Source: Octopus bimaculoides (taxonomy: Eukaryota). Taken from it: a DNA stretch of 64,000 nt. Made by a program: the position numbers and the translations under genes. The stretch spans positions 28,143,614-28,207,613 of the forward strand of contig NC_069003.1 in NCBI RefSeq assembly GCF_001194135.2, in the 5' to 3' direction. Of this stretch, positions 15,846 through 29,879 are shown in pieces. Each line of letters starts with the position of its first letter. Within the stretch, counting starts at the first letter, position 1. The notes under the pieces are model-generated. The model was not told where the DNA came from and ran no database searches. It saw only the letters and a program-made list of their open reading frames with translations.

Positions 15846-16283
15846 CACATATATAAAATCATTATGTGTGTGCATGTAACACACATTAAAAGACATTGCT
15901 ATATGAATTTCTCCAATACTTTCTAAATATTGTACAAAAATCTGCATGTGTAGTTCCCTTCTTTCAATGTAGTTGATGAATATCTCTAATTCTCTCATCC
16001 CCTCTCTCCCTACACACACACACACACACGCACCTTTTCTTTGGCTGATGACTAAGTTCCATTCTGACTGATAGGTTGTAAGCCAATCTGGTCATATGCC
16101 AGATTAATTTTCATTCAAATGCAACTAATGATCGAAAGCAACGGAGTGAGAGACAGTGGCAAGCAGTGGATACCTGCATTGCCAGATGCTGCCATAGTTA
16201 TATAATGCACAGCTGTCCAATGTCCAAAAATCAATTTTTTATTTCCTTATCTTTTGTTGTGGTAAGTGCAGAAGGTCATAAAG

Positions 16284-16336
<53 letters not shown>

Positions 16337-19300
16337 NNNNNNNNNNATATATATTTATATATATATATATATATTCACTGTGCAACGATGAAATTCAATT
16401 GTTAGATTAACTGAATTACCTGTTCCTAAATGAATGTGAAAGTGACTGAACATTCCACAGATATATGTGCCCTAAATGTAATTTCAGGCAGTACCAACAT
16501 GACCCAGTATGTGACAAGGCTGTACCTTTTTTAACAATAGATACAATGAACCTATAGTCTTCTACACAGTTTCCATGTACCAAGTTTCACTCACAAACTT
16601 AGGGATGGATGCTATAGAAATTGACATTTGCCCAAAATGCTATGTAAAGGATCGAATTGGAACCTCATAAGCGTGAAGCAAACTTCTTAACCATTCAGTC
16701 AATACACACATACTTAGATATATTCATCAGAAGCAAGAATAATTGAAAAAGGAAACTAAATGTACAGATTTTTACCTCTGCATTATTTAGAAATAGTTAG
16801 ATAAATAGATATAGTAATGGCTTTAATATATCTTTAAAGGGAATAATGGTAATTAAAATAGTTATGTTTAATATGTGTCTAATAATAAAAAAAATTAATA
16901 AGTTTTGTTTTTTTGTTAATTTAGGTAATCTAATTAGATAACTTAAAAGATTAACAAAAGGAGAAACTAATTACAATTAATATTAGATTGATGTATAATT
17001 GAAAAATTACATTAAAAATAACTGATAAGAAAAGTTGGGATAACTACAGTTTTTTTATTTATTTTGTATTCATAATATATTTAAATATAATATCTAACAG
17101 TTTCATGAAAATTCTTATCATAATGATATCACTATTTAGTTAAATTTGTTTAGGATACTTCTTAATTAACTTGATAACATTATATTTTGAAAATGCAACA
17201 ATATAAATTAGAATTCAATAATTAAAAAAAAAATTCCACTTATCACTTTTGGATATTTTTTTATCAAAATGAATTACAGAATAAAGTAAGATACTTTAAT
17301 GTTTCTCCTTATAAATCAACAAGCCATTTTTTAATTAAATGAACATCACATTACATGAATAGATAAGGCATTTTTTCACATCACCATTAAGCTAGAACAT
17401 AGTTTTTGCCTACCCTATTAAAAATAAGAAAATAAAATGTACTTTTTAATAAAACACATTTATAAAAATGTGTAATGTGCACCCATAATATTTTATATAT
17501 AAAACAATTTCTATTTATTACAAACTAAGGAAACCATCAGAAAAAATGCAAAACATCATTGAAAATATTGATGAATAAAATGATGCTTTAATAATCAACA
17601 GGAGAAAGTTTTGTTAGTGAAGTTGTATGGCTTTCACTTTAGTTAAAGTTATTTAAGATAGAATATCTAAATTTAAATATTTGCTACAGGTATGTGAATT
17701 AGAAAATATATAATTTATGTTAAAAAATTTGCTAAAAACGAATAAAATATTTAGTTCTTAATTATATTTTTGTTGTCTAGTTTGATATATATCATTCAAC
17801 ACAAGAAATACATGTTATCTATCTTACACTGAACGGAAAGAAGCATTAACAAGAATTCAAGTTTCAATCAGAAAATGCTAGTGAACAGAAACACAAAAAT
17901 ACAAAGAAAACCAGTATTCGTATAAAATATTACAAGGAATATTTACTTTCTCAACAGAGGCCTACATCAAAATCATCCCACAAAAATCTGATTAATGAAG
18001 AAATTAATGTTATGAATTCGTTTATATCCAATACAATCTCACAGTATAATTTTAGAATGAAATGCTCAATGAACTATATGCAAATGAGAAACATCAATAA
18101 ATTAAATGAGCATTGCATTCTATTCAGATGGTTTGAGGAAAACATCTTTTAAACATTTTAGGTTTGACTCACCAATGTCAAAGGCAAAGATGTGAATTCC
18201 TTCTTTCTGAGCAAGATCAAATTCTACATCAATCACATCTGAATTAGTTGAGTGGGACTGATTATTGAGTAGTAAAAGAGCAAAATTAGGGGCATCAGCT
18301 CGATCACCAAATCTTTCAGAGAAAACCTGATTTCGCATAATTTTCAAACTCTCTGCTAAGTTTGATCTGCCCTGTTTATATGATGTAACTTCAAGAGCAT
18401 CAAGAACCTCATGCTTTGTACTAAATTGGTTCAGATAGAACCTAACATAATTCTTCTGATTAGATATAATCAACCCAACTCGAACATCCCCATGGTCAAT
18501 ATTGGCATCAGAAACATAGTCTTTAATAAATGCAAGAGTTTTTCTAAATTTCTTTTTATTACTAATACTGGCAGAATCCACCAAGAAGACAACATCTGAC
18601 TTTCCATTATTGTTGATGCCTACGAGAAATAGTGCAGATAAAATTTTATTACAAATCAAAATACAAACATACATTTTGAAAAGAATCCCTACATTGTAAA
18701 CCTAAAAGTTTAAATAAGAAAAAATTAAACACAAGCAATATAAGGAATGGTTAAAAAGTTAAAAGTAGATGTAACCATGAGGAATAGAGAATAAAGAACT
18801 AAAATTAAATAAAATCAGCCTTAAAACTGGCTGTTTATTTGTTTAATAGTTTCTTCCTAAAAGATTAATCCTTCCACTAAGCTGATCCAGTACCTAATAC
18901 AGTGGTTCTCATAGCCATTCAATGTTTAAAAAATCCTACTATATTTTTATAGTTAAATATTATTAGGAATTGTATGCAAAAAATTGTCAAAATATTTCGA
19001 GGATTGCACAGAAGTTTTAACAACAAAATTTTATATGAAGCCCCTCCTGCAAGGGTCACATGGACCCCAGTTGGGAACCATTGATCTAATAAAAATTTTG
19101 ACCATTTTGACCATTTTGACCCTTCATATAAATTTATTGTAACTAAAAAATTATTCATACTAGTACAAAGTAGTAATTAAGTTTTTAATAGATAGGAGTA
19201 AGTAGATAAGACTTAAGAGGGACTACAATATAGTTTAAGTATAAGTTCTTAATATAAGAAAATCATGAGCTTGTCCTTCATTGGCATTGCATCTTTACAA

Positions 19301-22300
19301 AATGTGTGCCAATGATGTAATGTCTGGTAAGGCATTTTGAATTTCTAAACTGTTTTACAGATGGTCTTTTTGAAAATCAAACAATATTTTGTTTGATAAA
19401 ACAGTTTTCTAATAATTCAGCACCCTTAGTACTCAAAATCATTTCTATAGGGTCAATTCTGACACCTAACTTAGTCTCTATAGATGCAAAAGATTCTACA
19501 CTATTTTATAGTTACATATGAGGTCTGTAGAAACTGGATATTCAAAATGGGGCTTGAGCCAGTGCCTCAAGCTCATGATTACAGTGGGGTATATGGTAAC
19601 CTTGATATTTAGTCTAATATTAGTTACATCATGCCCCACAGTTAATCATTAAATTACATATACTTGACAGTTTAATGTACTTGGTGATTTGTTGGCAAGT
19701 TAAGCACTAAAGGATGTCAGCATTTCAAATAGCTCACATGTCACCACTCCTTAACTCCAAAGCATGAGACAATTCTCATCCCATCAACCATTTAATCTCT
19801 GGATTTGGTACCTGAAGACTTATTTCTGTTTCTAAAGTTGAAATCAATGCTGAAAAGTAGCAGATTTCAAATGTCAGAAGAGATTGAAGAAATTTGCTAT
19901 GAGTACCATGCACTGTCCCTGAAATTGGATTCCAAAATTTTTTTTCAAAATTGGATAAAGATGCTGGGATTGAGACAACAACTGGATGGAACTATTATAT
20001 TAGGTAAGTAAAGCAATAGCATGGATTTTTTTTAAAGTCTGGATTATTTTTGGACAGACTTTATAGAATGAAAAAATATGTTTGAAAATTAACCTGGTAA
20101 GTTATATTCACAATCTTCCTCCACAAATTAAAAATATTTTGAAGTGATTTTGATTAAAAACAAATTATCAGCAAATATGTTAATTTAAAAACTAATTGCT
20201 TTTTTCCTATATTATTTTAAAAGGCATATCCCAGAAAATTTCTTTGAAATATATATGAAATGAAATACAAAGTTTCTGCATATTATCCAACTGAATGACA
20301 ATAACTATGAAGAACCATACAGAGAATTTAAGGGACTGGTTTTAGATTAAATATAAGAATATACTATACAGATGAGATTGAAACAAGAAAATTATTATAA
20401 ATTCTTAATATTAAGAGTGGCTATATTTAGTGCATTTATGTTCTATGTCTTATAATGTTGAAGTTTCATAATGAAAAATTAACATTTAATCAAAATGTTA
20501 AATTTAAAAGAAAAAAAATTCTAGTTTAAATTTTAGTTTACTCAAGTAAAGTAAATTCACCAAGAACATGTATTTTCAAACAGTATGATTTTGTGAAACT
20601 ATATAAAGTAAATAAGTTGTATCATGTTGATTATATAAAGATAATGGATGAAATAAATGCTTAACCAATAACATAATTTTTTCAAATTAACTAAAAATTT
20701 CTATTTGTCAATAATATTTGAAATAAGATGATAATATTTTGTTAATTTATAAAAATAACTCATTCTTTTACTGTAAAATGGTATTTTATAAATGTTTAAC
20801 TGATGAGATATTTGTAGTTAATTTGAGTTCCATAAAATGAAAATAAAAGAAATTTTGAAATATCAATAACTGACAAAATTTAAAATTGATTTAAAAGTGG
20901 TTTTTCTTACTGCATAAATATATGTTGTAACATTTAAATAACAAAAAGAAAATCATATACTTACAAATGGTTGTGTGTAAAAATAGAATTAATGTAAATA
21001 TCATGATAAATTTATACAGTTAATAATGAAAACCATGGAATGATAAACAAAATGAAATTTTGCATCGTTCATACTTAGAAAAATCATTTAAATAACATTT
21101 AAATAACAGAGTCAAGTACAAAATATGACATTTGTTTAAAAGTTATGTAAGAAATGTTAAATTTAAATAACTCTGAAATAATATTTTTGAGAAACCAATT
21201 AGCTGTAAAAAAGGAAATTAATGATAAAAGAAATGCATAAGTTCAGGAAATATTAACATTGTCTGTAAAAGGAAATGAACTTTTACTATTAGTACAGCTT
21301 CAATATTTCATAATATTATCAGCAGGGTTGGCTTCAGGATTATCAGAATAATCATTTTCTCAACATGTGTATTTTGGAGGAAAAAAAATTACATTCAAAG
21401 ATAAATTGTTAATCTTCAATTCACTTGAGCTTGAAATTGTATTAGTTTTATTTATGATTTAAAACATTGTGTGAGATTATTTCGATACCTTCTACAAACC
21501 CTCCCACTAAAAAAACGCATGTTTAATTTCTGTCATGTTTAAACCAATCCTGCTTAACAACATACAAAGAAACACTTCAAAGATTAATAGATGTACACAA
21601 AGTTTGAAGGTAAAATGTAAAAGTAACATTTGCAAAAGATGAAACAATAGAATTCATTTAAAACATAGACAATGAAAACAAAATATCAATTACATATGGC
21701 ACTTAAATAATAGTAAATATAATTTGGTCAATTTAAATATTAAACAATAATATTTTAATAAGATATTGTAAAATTTAATTATAAATACACCTTATTACTT
21801 ATAATTACACACTTTAATTATTTCAAGATAAGTGTTTTAATTTCAGTTTTAATTATGCAAAAAATTGTAATTATCAACATACCTGGTGGTGTGCGAACTG
21901 AAAAAAATTTATAGAAAGAAAAGAAATAAGTATATTCCTTATAAGAATATTTAAAACTTAATATTTTGTCATTAAATTTTATAAATAGCTGAAACAAAAA
22001 TTATTTTATTGTTTAATTCCATCAGTAGACTGGCAAGCCAGGTTAACAAACCTTTTGAAATTCTTGGTTAGTTTGATATAGTCTGAAAGAGAAACACGGT
22101 CCATTGTTCCTTTAGATGCTTCTTCTGTTTTGAAGAATGTTGATAAGAGAATGAAGTTAAATTGACTGACTTTTAATTAGAACTGCTAAAATTTAGGAAG
22201 TTATATTAGAAGTGTGATGAGGTACTGGGACAAATATTAAACATGGTCTCCATAGTGGTGAAATGAGACACTAGAAATAGAGATGTGAATGATCCAAACA

Positions 22301-23947
22301 TGTTTATGTGAGGGTTATAGAATGATTAGATTCTGTGGGGATATATGAAATTGGAAAGAAATGAGCTGCTGGATGTGTAATGTCAGCATGTAATGAACAA
22401 CAAAGTACAAGTATGCTGAAAAACAAAATTGGCATCATGCTTCATGTCAAATCAGATGAATGCGAATAGACAAAGTTGTTATCTATGGATAATTTTTAAT
22501 TGCAATGGATTATAAAGGTGAATGATCTTGTTTTCTAAGACAGAATTTTTATCTGTGTTGGTTATCTAGTCAAAGCTAGATAACAAGCATGCATAAACAT
22601 TACATCACAAATAAATTACAATGATTAGACAATACATGTGTACTATCTCAATTATACTTCTAATATCCTTTATAATTATTTTTTCATTGCCCATAGAGGG
22701 CTAAATATAGAGGGGACAAACAAGGAGAGACAAAAGGATTAAGTCAATTACATCGACCCCACTGCATAACTGGTACTTATTTAATCGACCCTGAAAGGAT
22801 GAAAGGCAAAATCGACCTCAGTGGAATTTTCACTCAGGATGTAATGGCAGACAAAATACTGCTAAGCATTTCACCCAGCTCACCGCTAATATCCCTTATA
22901 ATGGATAACAGAGCTCATGCTTATATTATAACAGATAAAGGAGATATTTTTTCCCTATCTACACTATTTATATTACTTAAAATACTATAATATTTACTAT
23001 ACAGTGTTGATATTCTATGAGATTAATAAACAATTTCATTTTTAACTAAATAATTGAGTTCAAAGTGAGGTTGTTTTGTGTCCCACCAAGGCTGATTTGG
23101 CCTTCCAAATGTATACAAATTCTTGGAAAGGCCAGGAAAATTATGTAACTGACAAAATAGTATATACTTGAAAAACATCTGAGACAAAAGAACTGAGACA
23201 CAGTAGTGTATATGAAAGAGAAAGCAAACTTTTGGACAAAAGACAACTGTGATGTGTTACTCAGGTTTGATACCAAATCAGAACTTTGATAATATTGGCA
23301 CTGATAATATTGGACATTGTTGGGAGTATTATAACTTTTCCTTTCATTAGATAATATACCTAAAACACCATGTATATCTAACAATGATAACTAAATCAAT
23401 ATGAAATCTGATGAAGTATGTAGAAAAAAGACCAATGAAACTACAAGTAAATATATATTATAACATAATTATGCCCTATTTTACAAATATGCACATACAA
23501 ATGGTTCATATTTTATGTCAGTCATAAGAGAAAAACTTGTAGTTATTAGACCCAAGCAAAAATGATTTAAAAATCAAACTTTGAAGGTTTTAAATGTAAC
23601 ATATTCAAGTGTCAGATAATCAGCTCCATATTTTTCAAATATTTATCTTACCAGTTATAACATCCACAGGTATTATAGCTGGAGGTGCAGCCATCAAAAA
23701 CATATTGTCTTATATATGAGATGAATAAACAAATATATTCTTAACAAAAATAAATTTCAGGAAATATATTGGGGGAGAGAGAGAGAGAGAGATACTTTTT
23801 ACAGCTAACAACTCAACAGAAAGTGAATTATGATTGCAATCTATTTACACTTTGGAAAGTAGTTCAAAATGATAAGTAAGGGTTTATATACAAATTATTT
23901 TAAGCACATCATTTATAGTTCAAGTGACTTTATGTATGTACTATTTA

Positions 23948-23992
<45 letters not shown>

Positions 23993-26900
23993 TCATGGAA
24001 AATTAATAATAATAAAAGTGACATTTTTTTTATTATGGAGGAAAAAAGTTTGTATATTTAAGTATTTCTAACTATGCTTTTAGTTTGTATTGACTCCAGT
24101 ACTTATTTTTTTAAAGCCTGGTACTCATTCTGTTGGTTTCTATTGCTGAACCTCAAAGTTATAGGAACATAAATACACCAACACCGGTTGTCAAGTGCTG
24201 GTATAGGGACAAACACAGATACAAAGACACACACACATAAATGTATATATACTGGATAGGCTTCTTACAGATTCCGTCTATGATGCATCTCTAAATACAT
24301 TATGAGTTCTCAGAATAAATCACATTGCTGCAGTTGCGTGAGGTACTGTAGGTGAAAGATGATTGTATTAAAATTTGTAGCTCCTTAAAATGAAGCATCC
24401 AAGAATGACAATCACTTAACTTCAACACTAGGAACTGGTAATTATTATAATTTGTCATATTCATCTACTACTCTTTACTTTTATAACATTTGTATCTCAA
24501 TTTACTTTTACATTAATTATGGCCTTAATAGAATGCCCGAGAGTAATAATAATATATATGCTTTCAGACTACATGACACTCATATCTACCCTGTCATGAA
24601 TCTCCGACAGTTTTACTGGAAGGTAAGTTCTTCTAATAAAACTAAATGCTCAATTTGTTAAATAAAAAACAAAAGGATAGTCAAATACAATATATTTCAT
24701 AATACAACTATAAAATCCCATGACGATGGTCATGGGTATAAAGTAATTTACTACCGTTACTTGAATGAACAAAATATAAAGAAAACAAATTCACTGAAAT
24801 AGTTAATGTGACCATCATAATCTCACTAGTTTATATCAGTATTGTTAAATGTTTGAAAAACAATAAACTGCTTTTCATAATCTCTTATCAGCCAATGCTT
24901 TATCAATTTCCATTTACAATTTCTTAAATAAACATGATAGAAACATAAAACAAATTCAAAACTATAACATACAATGTAACATTCACAAACCAAACAAAAC
25001 AAATGACAACAACATGATAATCTCCAATTCTTCAATATGAGTTTTTAACAAAGCTGAACAAAAAATTAATCATAAAAAGATCATATCATTTGTTAGAATA
25101 ACAGAACTATTTATTGTTAAACTTTGTTATATTTGGAGTCTAGATATTTATGAGTATATATTTTTATATCATGCATAGCTGTCTGTAATTAACACAATAA
25201 TCAAACATTAAAATTCCTATGAACATTTTTTTAAACATGCCTTATATAATATTTTGAAATTAAAATTATTTGTTGTCATAGAATACTTCAATATCATGTT
25301 TACAAATCTTCATTTAAGTCACTATACTATCTGCTGAACAATACCTGTCAGGAGAAAAGTAATTTCATCATTTTATTTAGAGCTGTGCACCCTGTCAGTT
25401 ATCACACTAATCTTGACTTTGTTCAGAGCTAAATGAAACAAATCATGAAACCATGATTTAATGAGGCATGATATTGCACAAAAGTATCAAAACAGCTGAT
25501 GCCATGAAGCCTGAATGTAGATACCATCTGAATAACATATTGGCATACAGCCTCATTACAACTCAGTTTGAACAAAAACTAGAGCCTGCTTTATCAAATA
25601 AAAGAAAGCAATCACTGACACTTTTAAGACAATCTGAGTGTTCTAAAAATGTCACTCCTGGCTATTTCATCAATTTTATAATAAGCTAGTATCATTTTTT
25701 CATTCTTTTTTTTTTTTTTGCACTAAAGACAGTGTAAATATCATTTCATTTGAAACTTGTTCTTATGAAATCTACAGTATGAATTGTAAGTGAAATTGGA
25801 ATGATTTTCAAAGAATACACAAAAGACCAAGGAGAATATTTGCATTCACAAGAATTGCACCACACCCAGAGATGGATTATTACTAAGTGATCAAATATTG
25901 TCATATTAATAACTGAGAAAGTATTACAGTACAAGGTAATAGTGTCTTAATAATACAGGTTTGAAGGACACACACTCAACCATATACTACTTGAAAGAAA
26001 AATATATCAAAAGAAAAATACCTCTTGAAAACAATGGCATTCTAAAAATTCAGAGTAAAGGTGCAAGTGCACTGCTGGAAATACAATATTTGAAATTCAT
26101 GATATTCTAGCAACTTTCTAACATTGACTCTTTAAAAAAGACAAGAGGAATTTTTCACTTTCAGGAAATCATTGTTCTTGCTGAGAGTGATCAGCAAGCC
26201 AGTCAAGAAACACTTACAAAAATCAAAAGTATTTAGAAATTCTTGACAATTAGGAGACTGTTGCTCTTCTTCTGTTGGATGGGAAGACATTTTCAGAAGT
26301 ATTACTCCAAAAATTATTTGTGAGAAAGATACTTCACAAAACACTAAAAATATCTTCTACCTATACCAATTGTAAGAAAGTTTCAATGAACAGAATCCAT
26401 AGACCCTAAAACAAACATTAAAAAACTGTTAACTGTACTAATTTATACTAATACCTGGGCTAAAGTACATGCACTGCTACTCTTTTAAGCATCTATAGAT
26501 TTTTATGTAATAATTAGAATAAAACTAAAGACGGAAGTCTAGTTTACATGGCTTTATGGTTCATTGTTGGGAAATGCTACAAAATTTCTCTCCAATTCTA
26601 TTCTATATGTTCTCAGTCTTCTTACATTTTATTTTTTCAGATACACACACAAACATAGACAGGTAATGTGTCCTGAATCCATAAGAAATTATCGTTTCTA
26701 CAGTGCTTATTCAAGAGAGATGCAGCATTGACTATTTCTAAGGATGAACTCTTATTTTATTTTATTTTATTATTTTATTCCTTATGTATACAATCTGACC
26801 AAAATATTATATTACACACCATTGTTTACTGAATATCAACTGCTGCCATAAGCTTCTTTGCATCCTCAAAAGCAGGAATTTACAGAATTCTTGATATCAA

Positions 26901-29838
26901 TTTACATTTATCACCTGTAAAACCATAGCCTTACAGGGAAAATCTTTACAGAACAGCAGTTTGCTTTTTTGTGGTGGTGTGTGGGGAGAAATAACAACAT
27001 GCAAAACCATGCAAAACCCCACCAGTTATTTTTAAAGTTTTGTATTCATTCTTAAATAATATATAAGCCATAAAAAATAATGATAACTTCAATATTTATT
27101 TATTTATATATTCTCCAGTATTTTGTTTGCAACAAAATATTAAAGTATATCTCATAAAGAAGTTCTCAAACAATAACAGTACATTAACAGTAACAATAAG
27201 CACAAACAAACACTTACTTATAACAGTAACAATAAAACAATTAGAAAAAAACATAAACATACAGATTAAGACAAAATGATTAAACATTCAACATGTAAGA
27301 TTTAAAATATGAAATATCATTTTTGTGTTAGACATATTAGCTATTTTTATCAGGTTCTAATTTCTTACCAGACAAAATTTCCACAGGCTCTATAGGAGGA
27401 GGTACAACTGTTAAAATATACATATATTCTTTTGTGAGGAAGAGAAAATATCTTTTGGTGAAGGATATATTTCAAAATAGAGTGAGCCCTATATATGAAT
27501 GATTATTCTTTATGTTATAAAAATGCAATATAAATTAAGTGTAAAGCAATGCAACATGTTGGTATTTTGCCAAAGAAGACAGATGATCATAAATTGATTT
27601 TACTTTTAAATCTATGAGTTAAAAAAAACTCTTTACATTATCAATAAAAAATCGTGATTTGCAGTAATTGTTGGTCTTTAGCCCCATGTCATCTTTGAAT
27701 AGGCAGGCCAGCAGTAATTTTTCCCAGCTTTTACTTTGTTTTAAGAATTTCTGTAAATGAGAGAGCCTGATATAATCACTTGATCTGCTAGAAATAACAG
27801 CTGAATTACTTTCAAGTTACACCTCATTACTATGATTTGCAAGAATTTTGTTTTGGTGCAAAAGGTCATTTTTGATGTAATACCAATAATATGATAATTA
27901 CATATTTGACCTAAAAGGAATGAAACTAACTCTGCCAACTTTTTTTTTTCTATGTATGAAATGAGCCTTTATAATACCAGTGATATTAATTATCCAAGTA
28001 AAAAGAGGGGATTTACTATTTAAGGACTTGCAGATCAAATTCACTACTTCTCAGTGCCTGGTATCAAACCAGTTTGTATTCTAGGTGATATAAAAATATA
28101 ATACTGTATTCTATTAGTAATACTATACCCTGCTCTATCTATGAGTGCCTGTGTTTCTCTGACTCAGGGACTTTTAGACAACTATATCTTTCATCTTACA
28201 CTTGTTTCAGTCATTAAACTGTGGCCATGTTGAGGTACTACCTTGAAGAATTTTTAGTCGTTTGTATTGACTCCAGTACTTATTTTTTTAAAGCCTGGTA
28301 CTCATTCTGTTGGTTTCTATTGCTGAACCTCAAAGTTATAGGAACATAAATACACCAACACCGGTTGTCAAGTGCTGGTATAGGGACAAACACAGATACA
28401 AAGACACACACACATAAATGTATATATACTGGATAGGCTTCTTACAGATTCCGTCTATGAAATCCACCCACAAGACTTGACTTGGCCTGAGGCTATAGTA
28501 GAAGAGATGTACTACGCAGTGGAACTGAACCCAGAACCACATGGTTGGGAATCAAACTTCTTACTATACAACCATGCCTGCACCTAACTATATATATATG
28601 TGTGTGTGTTAACATTTTAGGTAAGATATATCGAATTACATTCACTGCTGACAACAATAAAATAATTATAACAAAATATTTGACTGAAACATAATATTTC
28701 TTTACAAAGGAGATAACAGTCTTAAAATAATTTTTTTTTTCTACTCTAGGCACAAGGCCCGAAATTTTTTGGGAGGGAGCCAATCGATAAGATCGACCCC
28801 AGTACACAACTGGCACTTAATTTATCGACCCCAAAAGGATGAAATCCAAAGCTGACATCGGCAGAACTTGGACTCAGAATGTAAAGACAGACAAAATACC
28901 TCTAAGTATTTTGCCCAGTGTGCTAATGTTTCTGCCAGAGTTATGAATGTATAGCTCAATCTTCAAAACTTTGTAACATCAAATGACTAGCAAGTTCATC
29001 ATTAAGATACAGAAACCAATATTTGGAACATGGGTATGTCATTTTAACTACATAATACATTCAAGTAGTTAAAATGATGATGACACAGTCTTATGCCTTA
29101 TTAGATCCTGTCAAGCTGTTCAACCAGTGCCTGCATGGAAAATGAATGCTAAATTAAGGTGAATGGTATTATATGCAGTCTTAAGATTTTTGTCTTTCTA
29201 AATAATATTTTTACTAAAGATATAAGTTATATGCATAAAGGGACTACTTATTTACCTGAACCAATTTCATTATCACAAAAAGATGACGAAGCACTGAAAT
29301 ACCTGGCGCTGTGCTGTACTCAAAAAGACTCATCCTAAACAGTAGCAGTGTTAAGGGTGCTTCTCTTGGTGAGGAGGATTGGCCTGAAAGAGTCCAGTGC
29401 CAGTGCCACATTAAAAGCACCCAGTACACACTGTAAAGTGGTAGGCATTAGGAAGGGCATCCAACCATAGAAACCAAGCCAAATAAGACTGATACAGCTC
29501 TCCAGTTCCAGTCAAAGTGTCCAACCCAAGCCAGCATGGAAAACAGACGTTAAAGGATGACTATGGTGATGATTTTATATATATATAATATATAGGTATT
29601 GGTGTGCCTGTAGAGTTAAGAAGTTTGCCTCACAATCACATGCTACTCTGTAGATCTATGAGTGCAAAATTAACTTCATTAACTATTTGCCATGTCTGCA
29701 CTGATTTAAGATACACACCTATAACTGATAATAATACAAAGATATTCCGTCAGCATTATGCATCTCTATGACTAGTGATCATATAAATTCTAAGGAAATT
29801 GACAAACTGAATTTGTATTTCTTATGCACACGCACACG

Positions 29839-29879
<41 letters not shown>

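Noticed and set aside
16418-16423. 6-nt AG/GT-bounded candidate
   Set aside because: Lies inside a SINE; such short matches are expected by chance
20960-20985. GTAAGT donor with sequence faintly like the 15-nt microexon
   Set aside because: No AG acceptor upstream
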